A stretch of 52,821 nucleotides of DNA from Burkholderiales bacterium (GCA_003576795.1 QEVN01000001.1:1-52821); one strand, 5' to 3'. Counted from the stretch's first letter, positions 11,351-23,497 are shown. Notes: generated by a model from the letters alone, not told the origin. Numbers and translations are program-made.

Positions 11351-12940
11351 ATGTCGACCACGCTGTCCGAACCGGGGCTCGCCTCGGTCAAGCGCTATCA
11401 GATTCCGGTCGAGAGGCTGCGGGAGGGGATGTTCGTCGTCGAACTCGACCGCCCCTGGCTCGATACGCCGTTCCTGCTGCAGGGCTTCCTCATCGACAGC
11501 CGGATCGAGCTGGACACGCTGCGCCGCTATTGCCGCTACGTATACGTCGACCTCGATCTTTCGCACTCGGCGCTCGCCGACGCGATTCGCGACGCCGAGC
11601 TGCGCGACGAAGCGGCTGCACCGGCGGCGCCCCCGCCCGCGCCGCTGCATTTCGACACCGTGCTCGACGAGAAGCCCGCCGCGCGGCCGGCCGCGATGCG
11701 CCCGGTGCGCATTCGCGCCGACGTCAAGATCAGCCGCCAGACGCGCGAGCGCTTCCGCGACTTCATCCGCGCCACGGCGGTCGCGCCGGCCGAAGCGCCG
11801 AACCAGTCGGCGCTGCGCCGCGCGCTCGACTGGCTGCGCCCCGCCGGTCGCTCGCGCGCCGGGCCCCGCACGCGCCCGCTTTCGGCCGGCGGACACCCGG
11901 CGCTCGACATCCGGCTGCCCGACGGCATCGAGCTGCGCCGCTATGCCGATCGTGCGCCGATCGAAGCCGAGCTGCCGCGGGCGCGCGAAGTCTTCGGCAT
12001 CGGCTCGCTCGCGCTCGATGCATTGGTCGCCGACGTGCGCCAGGGCCGCGTGCCCGACGTGCAGCAGGTCAGCGGAGCGGTCGACCGGATCGTCGACAGC
12101 ATGGTCGAGAACCCCGACGCGCTGATGTGGGTCGCCCGCCTGCGCGAGGAAAGCGTGCAGACCTACCAGCACGGCGTGAAGGTCGCGCTGTACCTGGTCG
12201 CGCTCGGCCGGCACCTGGGCTTTCCGCGGGCCGAGCTGTCGAATCTCGGGATGATCGGCATGCTGGCCGACGTCGGCAAGACGCGGCTGCCGGCAGCGCT
12301 GCTCGAGAAGCCGGGCATGCTCGCGCCGGCCGAATACAACATCGTCAAGGAGCACGTGCGCCTCGGCCTCGACGCGCTGGCCTCGAGCGTGCGCCTCGCC
12401 CCGGCGATCGTCGAGGGCATCGCGCAGCATCACGAGCGGCTCGACGGTTCCGGCTATCCGAAGGGGCTGCGCGGCGACGAGATCGGCATCTACGGCCGCA
12501 TGTCGGCGATCGCCGACAGCTTCGCCGCGCTGATCACCGCGCGCGCCTACGCGAACGCCTGCGCGCCGCAGGATGCGCTGATGAACCTCTACGAATGGGC
12601 GGGCACCTCGTTCCACGAGCCGCTGGTCGAGCAGTTCGTGCAGGCGGTCGGCATCTTCCCGGTCGGCAGCTTCGTCGAGCTGTCCAGCGGTGAAGTCGCT
12701 GCCGTGCTCGCGCACAACCGCGTGCGACGGCTCGAGCCGCGCGTGCTCGTGCTCACCGCGCCCGACAAGACGCCGCTGTCCGAGCCTTTCGAACGCAACC
12801 TGCTGCAGCGCTCGAAGACGGCGGAGAACGCCCGCGTCCGCATCGTTCGCGGGCTGGCGGCCGGCGCCTACGGGCTGCGCCTGCGCGACTACTACGGGCA
12901 GCAGGAAGCGGCGCTGGCGTCCGAGCCGGCCGCCGGGTAG
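11351..12940 (+). CDS. DUF3391 + HD-GYP domain protein (HD dyad degenerate)
   Basis: GMFVVELDRPWLDTPFLLQGF; [13 protein letters not shown]; MLADVGK in place of HDxGK. Confidence 0.9.
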   Translation: MSTTLSEPGLASVKRYQIPVERLREGMFVVELDRPWLDTPFLLQGFLIDSRIELDTLRRYCRYVYVDLDLSHSALADAIRDAELRDEAAAPAAPPPAPLHFDTVLDEKPAARPAAMRPVRIRADVKISRQTRERFRDFIRATAVAPAEAPNQSALRRALDWLRPAGRSRAGPRTRPLSAGGHPALDIRLPDGIELRRYADRAPIEAELPRAREVFGIGSLALDALVADVRQGRVPDVQQVSGAVDRIVDSMVENPDALMWVARLREESVQTYQHGVKVALYLVALGRHLGFPRAELSNLGMIGMLADVGKTRLPAALLEKPGMLAPAEYNIVKEHVRLGLDALASSVRLAPAIVEGIAQHHERLDGSGYPKGLRGDEIGIYGRMSAIADSFAALITARAYANACAPQDALMNLYEWAGTSFHEPLVEQFVQAVGIFPVGSFVELSSGEVAAVLAHNRVRRLEPRVLVLTAPDKTPLSEPFERNLLQRSKTAENARVRIVRGLAAGAYGLRLRDYYGQQEAALASEPAAG

Positions 12941-12950
12941 AGGTCGCCGC

Positions 12951-14297
12951 GTGTCGAGCTTCTGCGAGGAGCCCGCGGTCGCCGCCCTCGCCACGCGCGA
13001 GCGCAGCGCCGCGCAACTGCTGCGCGAGGTCGACGCGGCCGCGCAGGGCGACGGGGCGCGAACCGTCGTGCTCGTCGTGGCGCTGAACCGCTCCGATCGC
13101 ATCGACGCGCTCGCGCGCTCGCCGGAAGACCGTCCGGTGCTCGACGAGATCGGGCGGCGGATGGACGCGGTCCTGCGCCCCGCCGACCGCTACGCCTTCG
13201 CGTCGCGGGAGGAAGCGTGGGTACTGCTGCCCGGGCTGGCGAGCGAGGCGCTCGCCGAGCTGGCCAGTCATTCGCTGATCCAGACGCTGTCGGCGCCGGT
13301 GAAGCTCGCGGCGCAGGCGCAGCCGATTCGCCTGCGCCCGTCGATCGGCGGCGCCTGGGCGCCGCCGGGGTCGAACCCGGGCGCCGGAAAGCTGTTCGCC
13401 GTTGCGTCGGAGGCGGCCGCGCAATCGCTCGGCCGCGAGGATCACGTCCGCATCCTGCGGGTGAACGACGACCACGGCTCCGGACTGCGCCGCCACGAGA
13501 TCGAGCGCGACCTGCACGAGGCGCTCGGACGCAACGAGCTGGAAGTGCATTTCCAGCCGCAGATCGACCTGCGCAGCGGCCGCTGCCGCTCGGCCGAAGC
13601 GCTGATCCGCTGGCGGCGCGCCGACGGACGCACGGTCGCGGCCGCGACGATCGCCTCGATCGCCGAGGAACGCGGACTGATCGCCGAGCTGACGCGCTTC
13701 ACGATGAACACCGCGCTGCGCCACATGGCGCAGTGGAAAGCCGGCGGGCTCGACCTGTCGATCGCCATCAACCTGTCGGCGATCACCTTCGGCGACGCGA
13801 CGCTGCCCGAGCTGGTCGCGCAGTCGCTGCAGATCTGGGGGGTGGACGCGCGCCGGCTGACGCTCGAGCTGACCGAGAGCACGCTGATCCGCAACGAGCG
13901 CTCGGCGATCGAGCTGGCCGGCGAGCTGCGCGAGCTCGGCTGCCGGCTGTCGATCGACGATTTCGGCACCGGCTACTCGTCGCTCAGCTACCTGCCGCGC
14001 TTCCCGCTCGACGAACTGAAGATCGACCGCAGCTTCGTGCAGACCATCGCCGCGGGGCGCAACGATCACCGCATCGTTCGCGCGCTCGTCGAGCTGGCGC
14101 ATGCCTTCGACCTGGACACGGTCGCCGAGGGCGTCGAGAACGCCTTCGTCGAGACGCGGCTGCGCGAGCTGGGTTGCGATTTCGCGCAGGGATTCCATCT
14201 GTCGCCCGCGCTGCCGCCGGACGATTTCGTCGAATGGTGCACGAACCGCAATGCCGCGCCTCGCTTCACCGAGTCCGGATCACGCGCGATTCCGTGA
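12951..14297 (+). CDS. EAL-domain c-di-GMP phosphodiesterase with degenerate GGDEF-like N-domain
   Basis: FQPQ, EALIRW, INLS, ELTES, IDDFGTGYSSLSYL, LKIDRSFV, AEGVE, AQGF; GGDEF position reads ASREEA; GTG start inferred. Confidence 0.88.
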   Translation: MSSFCEEPAVAALATRERSAAQLLREVDAAAQGDGARTVVLVVALNRSDRIDALARSPEDRPVLDEIGRRMDAVLRPADRYAFASREEAWVLLPGLASEALAELASHSLIQTLSAPVKLAAQAQPIRLRPSIGGAWAPPGSNPGAGKLFAVASEAAAQSLGREDHVRILRVNDDHGSGLRRHEIERDLHEALGRNELEVHFQPQIDLRSGRCRSAEALIRWRRADGRTVAAATIASIAEERGLIAELTRFTMNTALRHMAQWKAGGLDLSIAINLSAITFGDATLPELVAQSLQIWGVDARRLTLELTESTLIRNERSAIELAGELRELGCRLSIDDFGTGYSSLSYLPRFPLDELKIDRSFVQTIAAGRNDHRIVRALVELAHAFDLDTVAEGVENAFVETRLRELGCDFAQGFHLSPALPPDDFVEWCTNRNAAPRFTESGSRAIP

Positions 14298-14838
14298 CGA
14301 TCGCCGGCAGCGGGCGATCGTGCGCCTCGGCGTCGAAGCGTTCCAGCTCGCACGCGTTGTAGCCCACGCCGATCGCGGCTATCGGCCGTTGCGCGAGCGT
14401 GCGGTCGTAGTGCCCGCCGCCGTAGCCGAGCCGAAAGCCGCGCGCATCGAAGCCGACGCAGGGCACGATCAGCAGATCGGGTTCGACCCCCTCGAACGGG
14501 TGCGGCACGGGAATCGCGAAGCGGTCCGCGCGCACGTCGCCGTCGCGCCGCCATCGTCCGAACTCGAGAGCGCCGTCCTCGCCGATGCGCGGCAGCGCGA
14601 GCGTTCGACCCTCGGATTCCCACCGCTCGTAGCACGGAGCGAGCTGCGGTTCGCCGCGGATCGCCCAGTACACGCCCAGCACCCGGGCGCGCGCGAAAGG
14701 CTCCTCGCGCAGCAGCGCCGCGAGCCGCTCGCGCAGCGCTTCGTCGGCCTGTACGCTCGACGCGACGCTGCGCTCGCAACGCCAGCGAATCAAGGCGTTG
14801 CGCGCACGAGTTCGAGTGATTTCGTCGACGACGCGCAT
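14266..14838 (-). CDS. 5-formyltetrahydrofolate cyclo-ligase
   Basis: [35 protein letters not shown]; start uncertain. Confidence 0.9.
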   Translation of the reverse strand: MRVVDEITRTRARNALIRWRCERSVASSVQADEALRERLAALLREEPFARARVLGVYWAIRGEPQLAPCYERWESEGRTLALPRIGEDGALEFGRWRRDGDVRADRFAIPVPHPFEGVEPDLLIVPCVGFDARGFRLGYGGGHYDRTLAQRPIAAIGVGYNACELERFDAEAHDRPLPAIVTESRVIRTR

Positions 14839-14897
14839 GATATGCTCGGGCCCGGTGCCAGCGGGCACCAAGCGGCGTTTCAGCAGGCAGGGCGAAG

Positions 14898-16871
14898 ATG
14901 ACGTACCGGATCGCGATCGCGGCGATTGTAGGGCTGATCGGTCTTTCGGTTCTTTCGCCCGCCGAAGCGTCGAAGCGCCGCCCCGAAGCGCCGAAGGCCG
15001 CGGCAGTCGCACCGCTCGGCGTCGACGACGCCTTCCTCGCCGCACACCAGGCGTTCACGAAGAGCGATCCGGCGCGCTTCGAAGCGATGGCCGCGCAGGC
15101 GCAGGGCCATCCGCTCGCCGTCTACCTCGATTACTGGCGACTTCGCCTGTGCCTGCAACGCCCCGCGAGCGAAACGCCGCCCGGCGCCGCCGACGCCGAC
15201 GTGCAGCGCTTCCTCGCGCGGCACGAGGGCACGCTCGTCGCCGACCTGCTCGCCCGCGACTGGATGCTCGACCTCGGGCGGCGGCGCGAATGGACGGCCT
15301 TCGACGCCGTCTACGCGCGCTGGATCCTGCGCGACGACGACGAAGTGCACTGCTACGCGTCGCTCGGCGACATCGAACGCGCGCGGCCCGCGCCGCGTGC
15401 GCGCGCGGCGATCTTCTCGGTGCGCAATTTCGTCCCGGGCTGCGCGGCACTGCTCGATGCGCAACTGCGCACGGGCATGCTCAACCGCGACGACCTGCAC
15501 GCCCGGCTGCTGGTCGCGCTCGAGACGAACACGGCCGACGCGGTGCGCCTGCTCGGCGAGCGCCTCGCGCTCGATTCGAAAGCGGTCGATCTCGCGCTGT
15601 CGAATCCGTCGAAGGCGCTGGCCGGAAAGCGCACGCGCGAGACGCTGCTGATCGCGCTGTCGCGGCTCGCGCGCAAGGATCCGGCGGAAGCGAACGAGCG
15701 CCTGGAGGAGATCGCGCCGGCGCTGCGCCAGGCGGACGTCGCCTTCGCGCGCTCGCAGATCGCCGCTGCCGCGATGCGCAAGCTCGATTCGCGCGCGCTC
15801 GAATGGGCGCGCGCCTCGCTCGACGCGCCCGCCACCGACGAGACCTGGAACTGGCTCGCGCGCGCGGCGCTGCGCGAGCAGGACTGGCCGACGCTGCGCA
15901 AGGTCGTGGCGCGGATGAGCGAAGCCGGGCGCAACGAGCCGGCGTGGGTCTACTGGAGCGCGCGCGCCGAACGCGAAGCCGGCGATACGGCGAAAGCCGA
16001 CGAGATGCTGCGTCCGATCGCCGGCCAGTTCACCTTCTACGGCCGGCTGGCCGCCGAGGAGCTGGGCTCGCTCACCTCGCCGCCGCCCGCCGCGCTCGCC
16101 ACCACCGAGGAGGAGCTGGCGCAGGCGGCGCGCAACGCCGGCTTCGACCGCGCATTGCGCTTCTACGCGCTCGGCCTGCGCTTCGAGGGCAATCGCGAGT
16201 GGAACTTCCAGCTGCGCGGCATGAGCGACCGGCAACTGCTCGCCGCCGCGCGCTGGGCCTGCGCCGAGCAGGTGCTCGACCGCTGCGTGAACACCGCCGA
16301 CCGCACGCGCGAGGAACACGATTTCGCGCTGCGCTTCGTCTCGCCCTTCCTCGATCGGATGAAGCCGGTGGCCGCCGGCGCCGACCTCGATCCGGCCTGG
16401 GTCTACGGCCTGATCCGGCAGGAGTCGCGCTTCGTGCGCGACGCGCGTTCGTGGGCGGGGGCGCAGGGCCTGATGCAGATCATGCCGGCCACCGCGCGCT
16501 GGATCGCGAAGAAGCTCGGCGAGCGCGACTTCCGCGTCGAGCAGCTGCACGACCTCGACACGAACCTGCGCTTCGGCACCTTCTACCTGCGCAGCGTGCT
16601 CGACGATCTCGAAGGCTCGCCGCTGCTCGCCTCGGCCGCCTACAACGCGGGGCCGGGACGCCCGCGCAGCTGGCGCTCGACGCTGTCGGCGCCGGTCGAG
16701 GGCGCGATCTTCGCCGAGATCATCCCGTTCAACGAAACGCGCGACTACGTCAAGAAGGTGCTCACCAACGCCGTCTACTACGCGGCGCTGTTCACCGGCC
16801 AGCCGCAGTCGCTGAAGGCGCGCCTGGGCAGGGTCGCGCCGGCGTTGTCGATGCCCACCGACATCCCGTAG
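14898..16871 (+). CDS. slt: Soluble lytic murein transglycosylase (Slt70-like)
   Basis: Signal peptide; [41 protein letters not shown]. Confidence 0.93.
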   Translation: MTYRIAIAAIVGLIGLSVLSPAEASKRRPEAPKAAAVAPLGVDDAFLAAHQAFTKSDPARFEAMAAQAQGHPLAVYLDYWRLRLCLQRPASETPPGAADADVQRFLARHEGTLVADLLARDWMLDLGRRREWTAFDAVYARWILRDDDEVHCYASLGDIERARPAPRARAAIFSVRNFVPGCAALLDAQLRTGMLNRDDLHARLLVALETNTADAVRLLGERLALDSKAVDLALSNPSKALAGKRTRETLLIALSRLARKDPAEANERLEEIAPALRQADVAFARSQIAAAAMRKLDSRALEWARASLDAPATDETWNWLARAALREQDWPTLRKVVARMSEAGRNEPAWVYWSARAEREAGDTAKADEMLRPIAGQFTFYGRLAAEELGSLTSPPPAALATTEEELAQAARNAGFDRALRFYALGLRFEGNREWNFQLRGMSDRQLLAAARWACAEQVLDRCVNTADRTREEHDFALRFVSPFLDRMKPVAAGADLDPAWVYGLIRQESRFVRDARSWAGAQGLMQIMPATARWIAKKLGERDFRVEQLHDLDTNLRFGTFYLRSVLDDLEGSPLLASAAYNAGPGRPRSWRSTLSAPVEGAIFAEIIPFNETRDYVKKVLTNAVYYAALFTGQPQSLKARLGRVAPALSMPTDIP

Positions 16872-16880
16872 GAACCCGTC

Positions 16881-17846
16881 ATGGCAGGCCGACCCGTTCT
16901 CCTGCTCGGCGGCAGCGGATTCATCGGCCGCCACGTGGCGGCGCGGCTGGTCGCGCAGGCGCGGCACGTGATCGTCCCCACGCGCAATCGCGAGCGCGCC
17001 CGCGCGCTGCTCACGCTGCCCACCGTCCAGGTCTTCGAGGCCGACGTGCACGACGACGCGCAGCTCGCCTCGCTCGTGCGCAGCACCGACGCCGTGATCA
17101 ACCTGGTCGGCGTGCTCGACGGCGGACGCGGCTCTCCGTGGGGGCCGGGCTTCGAGCGCGCGCACGTGAAGCTCGTCTCGCGCATCGTCGAGGCCGCGCG
17201 CGCCGCCGGCGTGCGGCGCCTCCTGCACGTCTCGGCGCTGGGCGTGCGCGAAGGCGGCGAGCAGACGCTGCCGTCGATGTACCTGCGTTCGAAGGCGGCG
17301 GGCGAGCGCATCGTGCGCGAGGCCGCCGACCTGCAGTGGACGGTGTTCCGCCCGTCGGTCGTCTTCGGTCTCGGCGACTCGCTGATCGAGCGCTTCATGG
17401 CGCTGCAGCGATGGCTGCCGGTGATTCCGCTCGGTCGCGCCGACGCGCGCTTTCAGCCGGTGTGGGTCGGCGACGTGGCACGCGCGATCGCCGACTCGCT
17501 CGATGCGCAGATCACCGTGCACCGCTGCTACGAGCTGGCCGGCCCCGAGGTCTGGTCGCTGCGCGAGCTGATCCGCTTCGCCGGCGAGCTGTCCGGATTC
17601 CGCCGCCGCGTGGTCGGCCTGCCCGACTCCCTCGGCCGGCTGCAGGCGATGCTGCTCGAGTTCGCGCCGGCCGCGCTGCGCATGTCGCGCGACAACTTCG
17701 CGACGCTGTCGATCGACAACGTCGCCGAGGGCGCGATCGCCCCGGAGCTGCGCATCGAGCCGACGCCGCTCGCCGCCGTCGCGCCATCGTATCTGGACGA
17801 GCACGAGCTGCGGCTGGCCGAGGAGCGACGCCGGGCCGGGCACTGA
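16881..17846 (+). CDS. NAD(P)-dependent epimerase / complex I NDUFA9-like SDR
   Basis: [41 protein letters not shown]. Confidence 0.9.
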   Translation: MAGRPVLLLGGSGFIGRHVAARLVAQARHVIVPTRNRERARALLTLPTVQVFEADVHDDAQLASLVRSTDAVINLVGVLDGGRGSPWGPGFERAHVKLVSRIVEAARAAGVRRLLHVSALGVREGGEQTLPSMYLRSKAAGERIVREAADLQWTVFRPSVVFGLGDSLIERFMALQRWLPVIPLGRADARFQPVWVGDVARAIADSLDAQITVHRCYELAGPEVWSLRELIRFAGELSGFRRRVVGLPDSLGRLQAMLLEFAPAALRMSRDNFATLSIDNVAEGAIAPELRIEPTPLAAVAPSYLDEHELRLAEERRRAGH

Positions 17847-17860
17847 GCCGCGAGCCTGCG

Positions 17861-19084
17861 ATGAAGATCTACCGGGTCGGCGGTTCGGTGCGCGACGAGC
17901 TGCTCGGCGTGCCGGTCAAGGATCGCGACTGGGTCGTCGTCGGCGCCACGCCCGAAGAGCTGGTCGCGCGCGGCTTCCGGCCGGTGGGCCGCGACTTCCC
18001 GGTGTTCCTGCATCCCGAGACGCACGAGGAATACGCGCTCGCGCGCACCGAGCGCAAGACCGCGCCCGGCTATCGCGGCTTCGTCGTGCAGGCCGATCCG
18101 GGCGTGACGCTCGAGGACGACCTGCAGCGCCGCGACCTGACGATCAACGCCATGGCGATCGCCGAGGACGGCACGCTGGTCGATCCCTACGGCGGGCTGG
18201 CCGATCTTCGCGCGGGCGTGCTGCGCCACGTGGGCAGCGCTTTCGCCGAGGACCCGGTGCGCATCCTGCGCGTCGCCCGCTTCGCCGCGCGCTTCGACGA
18301 CTTCACGGTCGCCGACGAAACCATGGAACTGATGCGCGAGATGGTGCGCGCGGGCGAAGCCGATGCGCTCGTCGCCGAGCGCGTCTGGCAGGAGCTGTCG
18401 CGCGGCCTGATGGAGCGGCGCCCGTCGCGGATGTTCGAGGTGCTGCGCGCCTGCGGCGCGCTCGCCCGCGTGATCCCCGAGCTGGACCGGCTGTGGGGCG
18501 TGCCGCAGCCGCCGGCCTACCATCCGGAGGGGGATACCGGCGTGCACGTGATGATGGTCGTCGACCACGCGGCCGCTGCCGGCGCGCCGCTGCCCGTGCG
18601 CTTCGCGGCGCTGGTGCACGACCTGGGCAAGGGAACGACGCCGCCCGAGCAGTGGCCGCGCCACATCGCGCACGAGCAGCGCTCGCTGCGCCTGGTCGAC
18701 GAGCTGTGCGAGCGGCTGCGCGTGCCCACCGAATGCCGCGACCTCGCGCGCATCGTCGCCCGCGAGCACGGCATCGTGCATCGCGCGCTCGAGCTGCGTC
18801 CGGAAACGATCACGAAGCTGCTCGAACGCATCGACGTCGCCCGCCGGCCGCAGCGGCTCGAGTCGGTGCTTGCGGCCTGCGAAGCCGATTATCTCGGGCG
18901 CCTCGGGCTGGAATCGCGCCCCTATCCGCAGGCGCAGCGCCTGCGCGAGGCCGCGCGCGCCTTCGCGTCGGTGGACACCGCGGCGATCGCGCGCGCGCAC
19001 GCCGACGCGCCGCAGAAGATCCGCGAGGCGCTGCACGCGGCGCGCACGCGCGCGGTGGCCGAAGCGCTCGGCCCGGGCCGATGA
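17861..19084 (+). CDS. cca: Multifunctional CCA-adding enzyme (with HD domain)
   Basis: [53 protein letters not shown]. Confidence 0.97.
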   Translation: MKIYRVGGSVRDELLGVPVKDRDWVVVGATPEELVARGFRPVGRDFPVFLHPETHEEYALARTERKTAPGYRGFVVQADPGVTLEDDLQRRDLTINAMAIAEDGTLVDPYGGLADLRAGVLRHVGSAFAEDPVRILRVARFAARFDDFTVADETMELMREMVRAGEADALVAERVWQELSRGLMERRPSRMFEVLRACGALARVIPELDRLWGVPQPPAYHPEGDTGVHVMMVVDHAAAAGAPLPVRFAALVHDLGKGTTPPEQWPRHIAHEQRSLRLVDELCERLRVPTECRDLARIVAREHGIVHRALELRPETITKLLERIDVARRPQRLESVLAACEADYLGRLGLESRPYPQAQRLREAARAFASVDTAAIARAHADAPQKIREALHAARTRAVAEALGPGR

Positions 19085-19097
19085 CGACGCGCTGAAT

Positions 19098-19292
19098 TCA
19101 CAGCAGGCGCGAGAGCAGCGCGGCCAGCAGCGAGAGCAGCACGGTCGACGTGATCGGAATCGACCAGTCGCGACCGAAGGCGCGGAACTCGAAGTCGCCG
19201 GGCAGCCGCCCGATGCCGAAGCGGCGCAGCAGCGGCATCAGGCCCGAGAACAGCACGAGCGCGACGATGACGACGAGCAGCCACTTGATCAT
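19098..19292 (-). CDS. DUF2905 small membrane protein
   Basis: GIGRLPGDF...SIPITSTVLLSLL, 64 aa, two hydrophobic segments. Confidence 0.88.
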   Translation of the reverse strand: MIKWLLVVIVALVLFSGLMPLLRRFGIGRLPGDFEFRAFGRDWSIPITSTVLLSLLAALLSRLL

Positions 19293-20158
19293 CGCGCCGG
19301 CCGCCTCGCGTGCTCCTGCAGGAAGCCGACGATTTCGGGCACCGAGAGCTGCGGCTCGCGCGGGTCCGCACCGCCCTGCACGCGGTTCATCCAGTCGAGG
19401 TTCTCGCGCATGCGGGCGACCACCTTCGGCCATTCCTCGGGCGTGTGCTGCGACGGATCGGGCAGCGCGTGGCACTGGCTGCAGGCTTCGGCGAACATGC
19501 GCCCCGCCCCGCTGCCGAGCGCCTGCGCCAGCGCGGGATCGGCCTTCGGATCGAGGCTGCGCTGCGCGTATCGCTGCAGGTACGCGACGATCTCGCGCTC
19601 CTCGTCGGCGCTGGGCGCGGACATCGCGCGCTCGCCGGCGCCGGGCGCCCGCATCAGGTCGGCCATCAGCGGCCCGAGATTTCCGCGGCCCTGCATGCGC
19701 GGCACCATGCGTCGCACCACTTCGGGCCAGCGGTTCGCATCGTGCATCGCGGGATCGGGCAGGTTGTGGCACTGCACGCAATACAGGGCGACCAGCCGCG
19801 CGCCGCGCGAATCGGCCCGCGGCAACTGCGACGGCCGCAGGCGATCGGGGAGGATGCGCAGCAGCATCGCGCCGTGGCTGCTTCGCTCCCATCGCTCGCG
19901 CGACGCCCGCGCCAGGTCCTCGAGCTGCTCCGCCGACAACGAGCGTTCGTCGACGCGACCCGCTTCGGAAAGCGGGCGCGCCGGCGGACGCTGCTCGATC
20001 GAGCGGGTGACGACCTCGGACGACGCCGCCGGCGTTGCAGGCGCCGTACCGGGCGTTGCGCCCAGCGGCGACGCGAGAAGCACCGCCGCGACGAGGGCCG
20101 GCTTGCCGCGGACGCTCGCCGCGATCCGGCGCAGCGGCGAAATCGACCGCCCGGCCAT
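19289..20158 (-). CDS. Periplasmic diheme c-type cytochrome (two repeated domains)
   Basis: N-terminal export-like segment; CVQCH and CSQCH, each followed by LPDP..H...WP.VV.RM. Confidence 0.8.
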   Translation of the reverse strand: MAGRSISPLRRIAASVRGKPALVAAVLLASPLGATPGTAPATPAASSEVVTRSIEQRPPARPLSEAGRVDERSLSAEQLEDLARASRERWERSSHGAMLLRILPDRLRPSQLPRADSRGARLVALYCVQCHNLPDPAMHDANRWPEVVRRMVPRMQGRGNLGPLMADLMRAPGAGERAMSAPSADEEREIVAYLQRYAQRSLDPKADPALAQALGSGAGRMFAEACSQCHALPDPSQHTPEEWPKVVARMRENLDWMNRVQGGADPREPQLSVPEIVGFLQEHARRPAR

Positions 20159-20169
20159 CGCGCCGCCGC

Positions 20170-21366
20170 CTACAGCGACGCCCGCCGGTCGCGCGTGCGG
20201 AAGCCGATCGCGTCGTCGGACACGCCGCGCCCGAGCGCGATCGCCTTGAACAGCTCGCCCATTTCCGCCTCCGAAAGCAGCCGCTGCACCGCCTGCGTCT
20301 CCAGCGTCCACGCGCGCAGATCGTCGCGCGGAATCGCGGCGCAGGCGTCGAGCAGGCCGCAGTCGAGCAGGAATCGGGCCTGGGACGCGAAGCCCAGCAC
20401 GTCGAGCCCGGCGTCCGCCCCGGCCTGCGCGATGCCGGTGAAATCGACGTGCGCGGTGATGTCCTGCAGCCCCGGCCAGAGGAACGGGTCGTCGTGCGCC
20501 CGGTGGCGGAAATGGCAGCGCAGCGTGCCGAGATCGCGCTGCGGGTGGTAGAACTCGCGGCGCGGAAAACCGTAGTCGACGAGCAGCATCGCGCCGCGCA
20601 CCAGCCGCGAGCCGACGGTGGCGACCCACGCTTCGGCCTGCTCGCCGAGTTCCGAAACGTAGTTCTCCGGCACGGCGCCCGCCTCGTCGGAAGGCAGGCC
20701 GGCGCATTCGTCCCCTGCTTCGCGCAGCCGGTCGAGGACCTTCGAAGCGAGACGCTCGTCGGCTGCGCGCTCGGCCCAGCCGAGCGCGTCGTCCCCCAGG
20801 CGCGTCACGCCACGCTCGAAGACCTTGTCGCCGGCCCGGCGGAAGACGCGCACCGGCATCGCATCGAGCACCTCGTTGGCGAGCACCACGCCCTCGATCC
20901 GCTCGGGCAGCTCGTCGACCCAGCGCACGCGCGCGAGCAGTTCCCCGCCGGCGGCTGCGATCGTTCCGCGCTGGCGCTCGCGCAGCGTCGCCGACAACTC
21001 GACGATCGCGTAGCTTCGCGGCAGCGTGCCTGCGTCGCGCAGCGCCGACAGGACCTGCGCGGCCAGCGCGCCCGAGCCGGCGCCGAATTCGACGATCTCG
21101 TCGTCTTCGCCCAGCCACTGCGCGCACTGCGCGGCGATGCAGCGACCGAACAGCGACGACATCTCGGGCGCCGTGACGAAATCGCCTTCGGCGCCGAACA
21201 CGCGGTTCGGGCCCGTGTAGTAGCCGATGCCGGGCTCGTAGAGCGCGCGCTGCATGTAGCGATCGAAGCCGATCCAGCCGCCGGCCGCGTCGATCTCCGC
21301 CCCGATGCGACGCACCAGCTCGCGCGAATCGGCGAGCGCCGGGCCGGAGGGCGCAGCGAGGCTCAC
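20170..21366 (-). CDS. SAM-dependent methyltransferase, MidA/NDUFAF7 (DUF185) family
   Basis: ALYEPGIGYY, GDFVTAPEMS, EFGAGSG, NEVLDAMP, DYGF, QDITAHVDF, EMGELFK. Confidence 0.93.
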   Translation of the reverse strand: MSLAAPSGPALADSRELVRRIGAEIDAAGGWIGFDRYMQRALYEPGIGYYTGPNRVFGAEGDFVTAPEMSSLFGRCIAAQCAQWLGEDDEIVEFGAGSGALAAQVLSALRDAGTLPRSYAIVELSATLRERQRGTIAAAGGELLARVRWVDELPERIEGVVLANEVLDAMPVRVFRRAGDKVFERGVTRLGDDALGWAERAADERLASKVLDRLREAGDECAGLPSDEAGAVPENYVSELGEQAEAWVATVGSRLVRGAMLLVDYGFPRREFYHPQRDLGTLRCHFRHRAHDDPFLWPGLQDITAHVDFTGIAQAGADAGLDVLGFASQARFLLDCGLLDACAAIPRDDLRAWTLETQAVQRLLSEAEMGELFKAIALGRGVSDDAIGFRTRDRRASL

Positions 21367-22295
21367 GCGACGACCGCTTCGCGCTGCGGCGCCTGCAGCA
21401 GCGCGTCGATCTGACGGTCCTTCTCCTGCCAGATCTCGTGCAGCCAGGCCTGCACGCGCTTGCGCGCGCGCGAATCGGCCATCGCGTCGGCGTGGAAGAA
21501 CTCGACCGGAATCGGCCGTCGCGTCACGCGAACGACGATGCGTTCGACGTCGCCGCGCAGGAACTGCCAGAAAGTGGGCACCCCGCCCGGGTAGACGATC
21601 GTCACGTCGATCAGCGACTCGAAGCGCTCGCCCAGCGCATTAAGCGTGAGCGCGAGCGCCCCCGATTTCGGCTTGAGCAGATGCCGATACGGCGAACGCT
21701 GCGCGTCGTGCTTCTCGCGCGTGAAGCGCGTTCCCTCGACGAAGTTCATCACGCTGGTCGGCAGCCGCGCGAACTTCTCGCAGGCGCGCCGCGTGGTTTC
21801 GAGATCCTCGAGACGCTTCTCCGGATGCTTGCGCAGGTATCGATCCGAGTGCCGGCGCATGAACGGGAAGTCGAGCGCCCACCAGGCCAGGCCCATGACC
21901 GGCACGTAGATCAGCTCGTACTTCAGGAAGAACTTCATCAGCGGAATGCGCCGGTTCAGCAGGCGCTGCAGCACGAAGATGTCGACCCACGACTGGTGAT
22001 TGCAGCTCACCAGGTACCAGCCGCGCGGATCGATTCCCTCGAGGCCTTCGACGTCCCAGGCGGTGGGTTGCGTCAGCCGCATCCACGCGTTGTTGCCGGC
22101 GATCCAGCGGGTGGCGATCGAGTTGAGCAGCGGATCGATCGCGGCGCGCACGCGCTCGAAAGGCAGCGCCAGCTTCACCAGCGCGAACAGAAACAGCAGC
22201 AGGCACCAGAACAGCGTGTTGACGGCGAGCAGCGACACGGCGACCGCTGCGCGAACGACCGGTGGCAGGAAGGCGAGCATGAAGGCAGGCGGCAT
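21363..22295 (-). CDS. Acyltransferase, YihG/PlsC family
   Basis: [39 protein letters not shown]; start may be 22280. Confidence 0.9.
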   Translation of the reverse strand: MPPAFMLAFLPPVVRAAVAVSLLAVNTLFWCLLLFLFALVKLALPFERVRAAIDPLLNSIATRWIAGNNAWMRLTQPTAWDVEGLEGIDPRGWYLVSCNHQSWVDIFVLQRLLNRRIPLMKFFLKYELIYVPVMGLAWWALDFPFMRRHSDRYLRKHPEKRLEDLETTRRACEKFARLPTSVMNFVEGTRFTREKHDAQRSPYRHLLKPKSGALALTLNALGERFESLIDVTIVYPGGVPTFWQFLRGDVERIVVRVTRRPIPVEFFHADAMADSRARKRVQAWLHEIWQEKDRQIDALLQAPQREAVVA

Positions 22296-22354
22296 GCAGC
22301 GGAAGCGTCGATCGTACCAGCCGCCCCGGGCGGATGCCGTACACTCGACGCTCC

Positions 22355-23098
22355 ATGCACCCGAATCGCGTCGTCCTGGTCACCGGCGCGGCGCGCCGCG
22401 TCGGCGCGCGGATCGCAACGCACCTGCACGCGCGCGGCGCCGACGTCGCGATCCATTGCCGGCATTCGGTCGAGCAGGCCGAGGCGCTCGTCGCCCGGCT
22501 GAACGCCGTGCGCGCCGATTCGGCGTGCGCCTTCGAAGCCGACCTCTCGCAGGCGAGCGCCGGCGAGCGCCTCGTCCAGTCGGCCGGCGCCTGGCACGGG
22601 CGCATCGACGCGCTGGTGAACAACGCATCGACCTTCCTGCGCACGCCCCTCGGCTCGGTCGACGAATCGCTGTGGGCGTCGATCGTCGACGGCAACCTGA
22701 AGGCGGCGTTCTTCACCAGCCAGGCGGCGGCGCCGTGGCTGCGCGCCGCCCGCGGCGCGATCGTCAACGTCACCGACGCGCGCGCCGAACGCCCGCTCGC
22801 CGGCTTCTCGGCCTACGCCGCGGCGAAGGCGGGCCTGGTCGCGCTCACCCGCGCGCTCGCGCTCGAACTGGCCCCCGAGGTGCGCGTGAACGCCGTCGCG
22901 CCCGGCTCGCTCGACTGGCCCGAGCACGACGTGTTCACCGAAGCCGAGCAGCACGCGATCGAAGCGGCGATTCCGCTGCAACGCATCGGCACCGGCGAGG
23001 ACGTCGCGCGCGCGGTCGCCTTCCTGCTCGACGACGCCGACTACGTGACCGGCCATGTCCTGCACGTCGACGGCGGCGCCTCGCTCGTCTCGCGCTGA
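22355..23098 (+). CDS. Pteridine reductase (FolM-like SDR)
   Basis: [26 protein letters not shown]; adjacent to folB. Confidence 0.88.
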   Translation: MHPNRVVLVTGAARRVGARIATHLHARGADVAIHCRHSVEQAEALVARLNAVRADSACAFEADLSQASAGERLVQSAGAWHGRIDALVNNASTFLRTPLGSVDESLWASIVDGNLKAAFFTSQAAAPWLRAARGAIVNVTDARAERPLAGFSAYAAAKAGLVALTRALALELAPEVRVNAVAPGSLDWPEHDVFTEAEQHAIEAAIPLQRIGTGEDVARAVAFLLDDADYVTGHVLHVDGGASLVSR

Positions 23099-23110
23099 AC
23101 ACGAAACACG

Positions 23111-23497
23111 ATGACCACCGACACCACTGCCTTTCCCGACTGCTATCGCGTCCTCGTGCAGGACATCGAGATCGACTGCTTTCTCGGCGTCTACGAACGC
23201 GAGCAGGCCAGGCGCCGCCCGATCGTCGTCGACGTCGAGCTCTACGTGCCCGACGTCACGCGCCAGCGGCGGCGCGACCTGCTCTCGGAGACGGTCAACT
23301 ACGAACGCGTGGTCGAGGCGGTCGAGCGGCTGGTGGGCGGAGACCGGCGCTTCCGGCTGGTCGAGACGATCTGCGGCGAGCTGGCCGACGAGCTGGCGCA
23401 GCTGCCCGGGCTGCGCGCGCTGAAGGTATCGGTGACCAAGCCGCAGCCGCTGCCGCGCGCGCGCTCGGTGCGCGTCGAAGTGTGGAGGCACGCGTGA
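23111..23497 (+). CDS. folB: Dihydroneopterin aldolase
   Basis: [22 protein letters not shown]. Confidence 0.85.
   Translation: MTTDTTAFPDCYRVLVQDIEIDCFLGVYEREQARRRPIVVDVELYVPDVTRQRRRDLLSETVNYERVVEAVERLVGGDRRFRLVETICGELADELAQLPGLRALKVSVTKPQPLPRARSVRVEVWRHA

Noticed and set aside
14798-19084. Very long alternative ORFs (e.g. 1428 aa at 14798, 1397 aa at 47083, 1157 aa at 34974, 1017 aa at 28031)
   Set aside because: Arg/Ala/Pro-rich shadow frames caused by high GC; only the 3' parts matching cca or the Nod-like gene are real.
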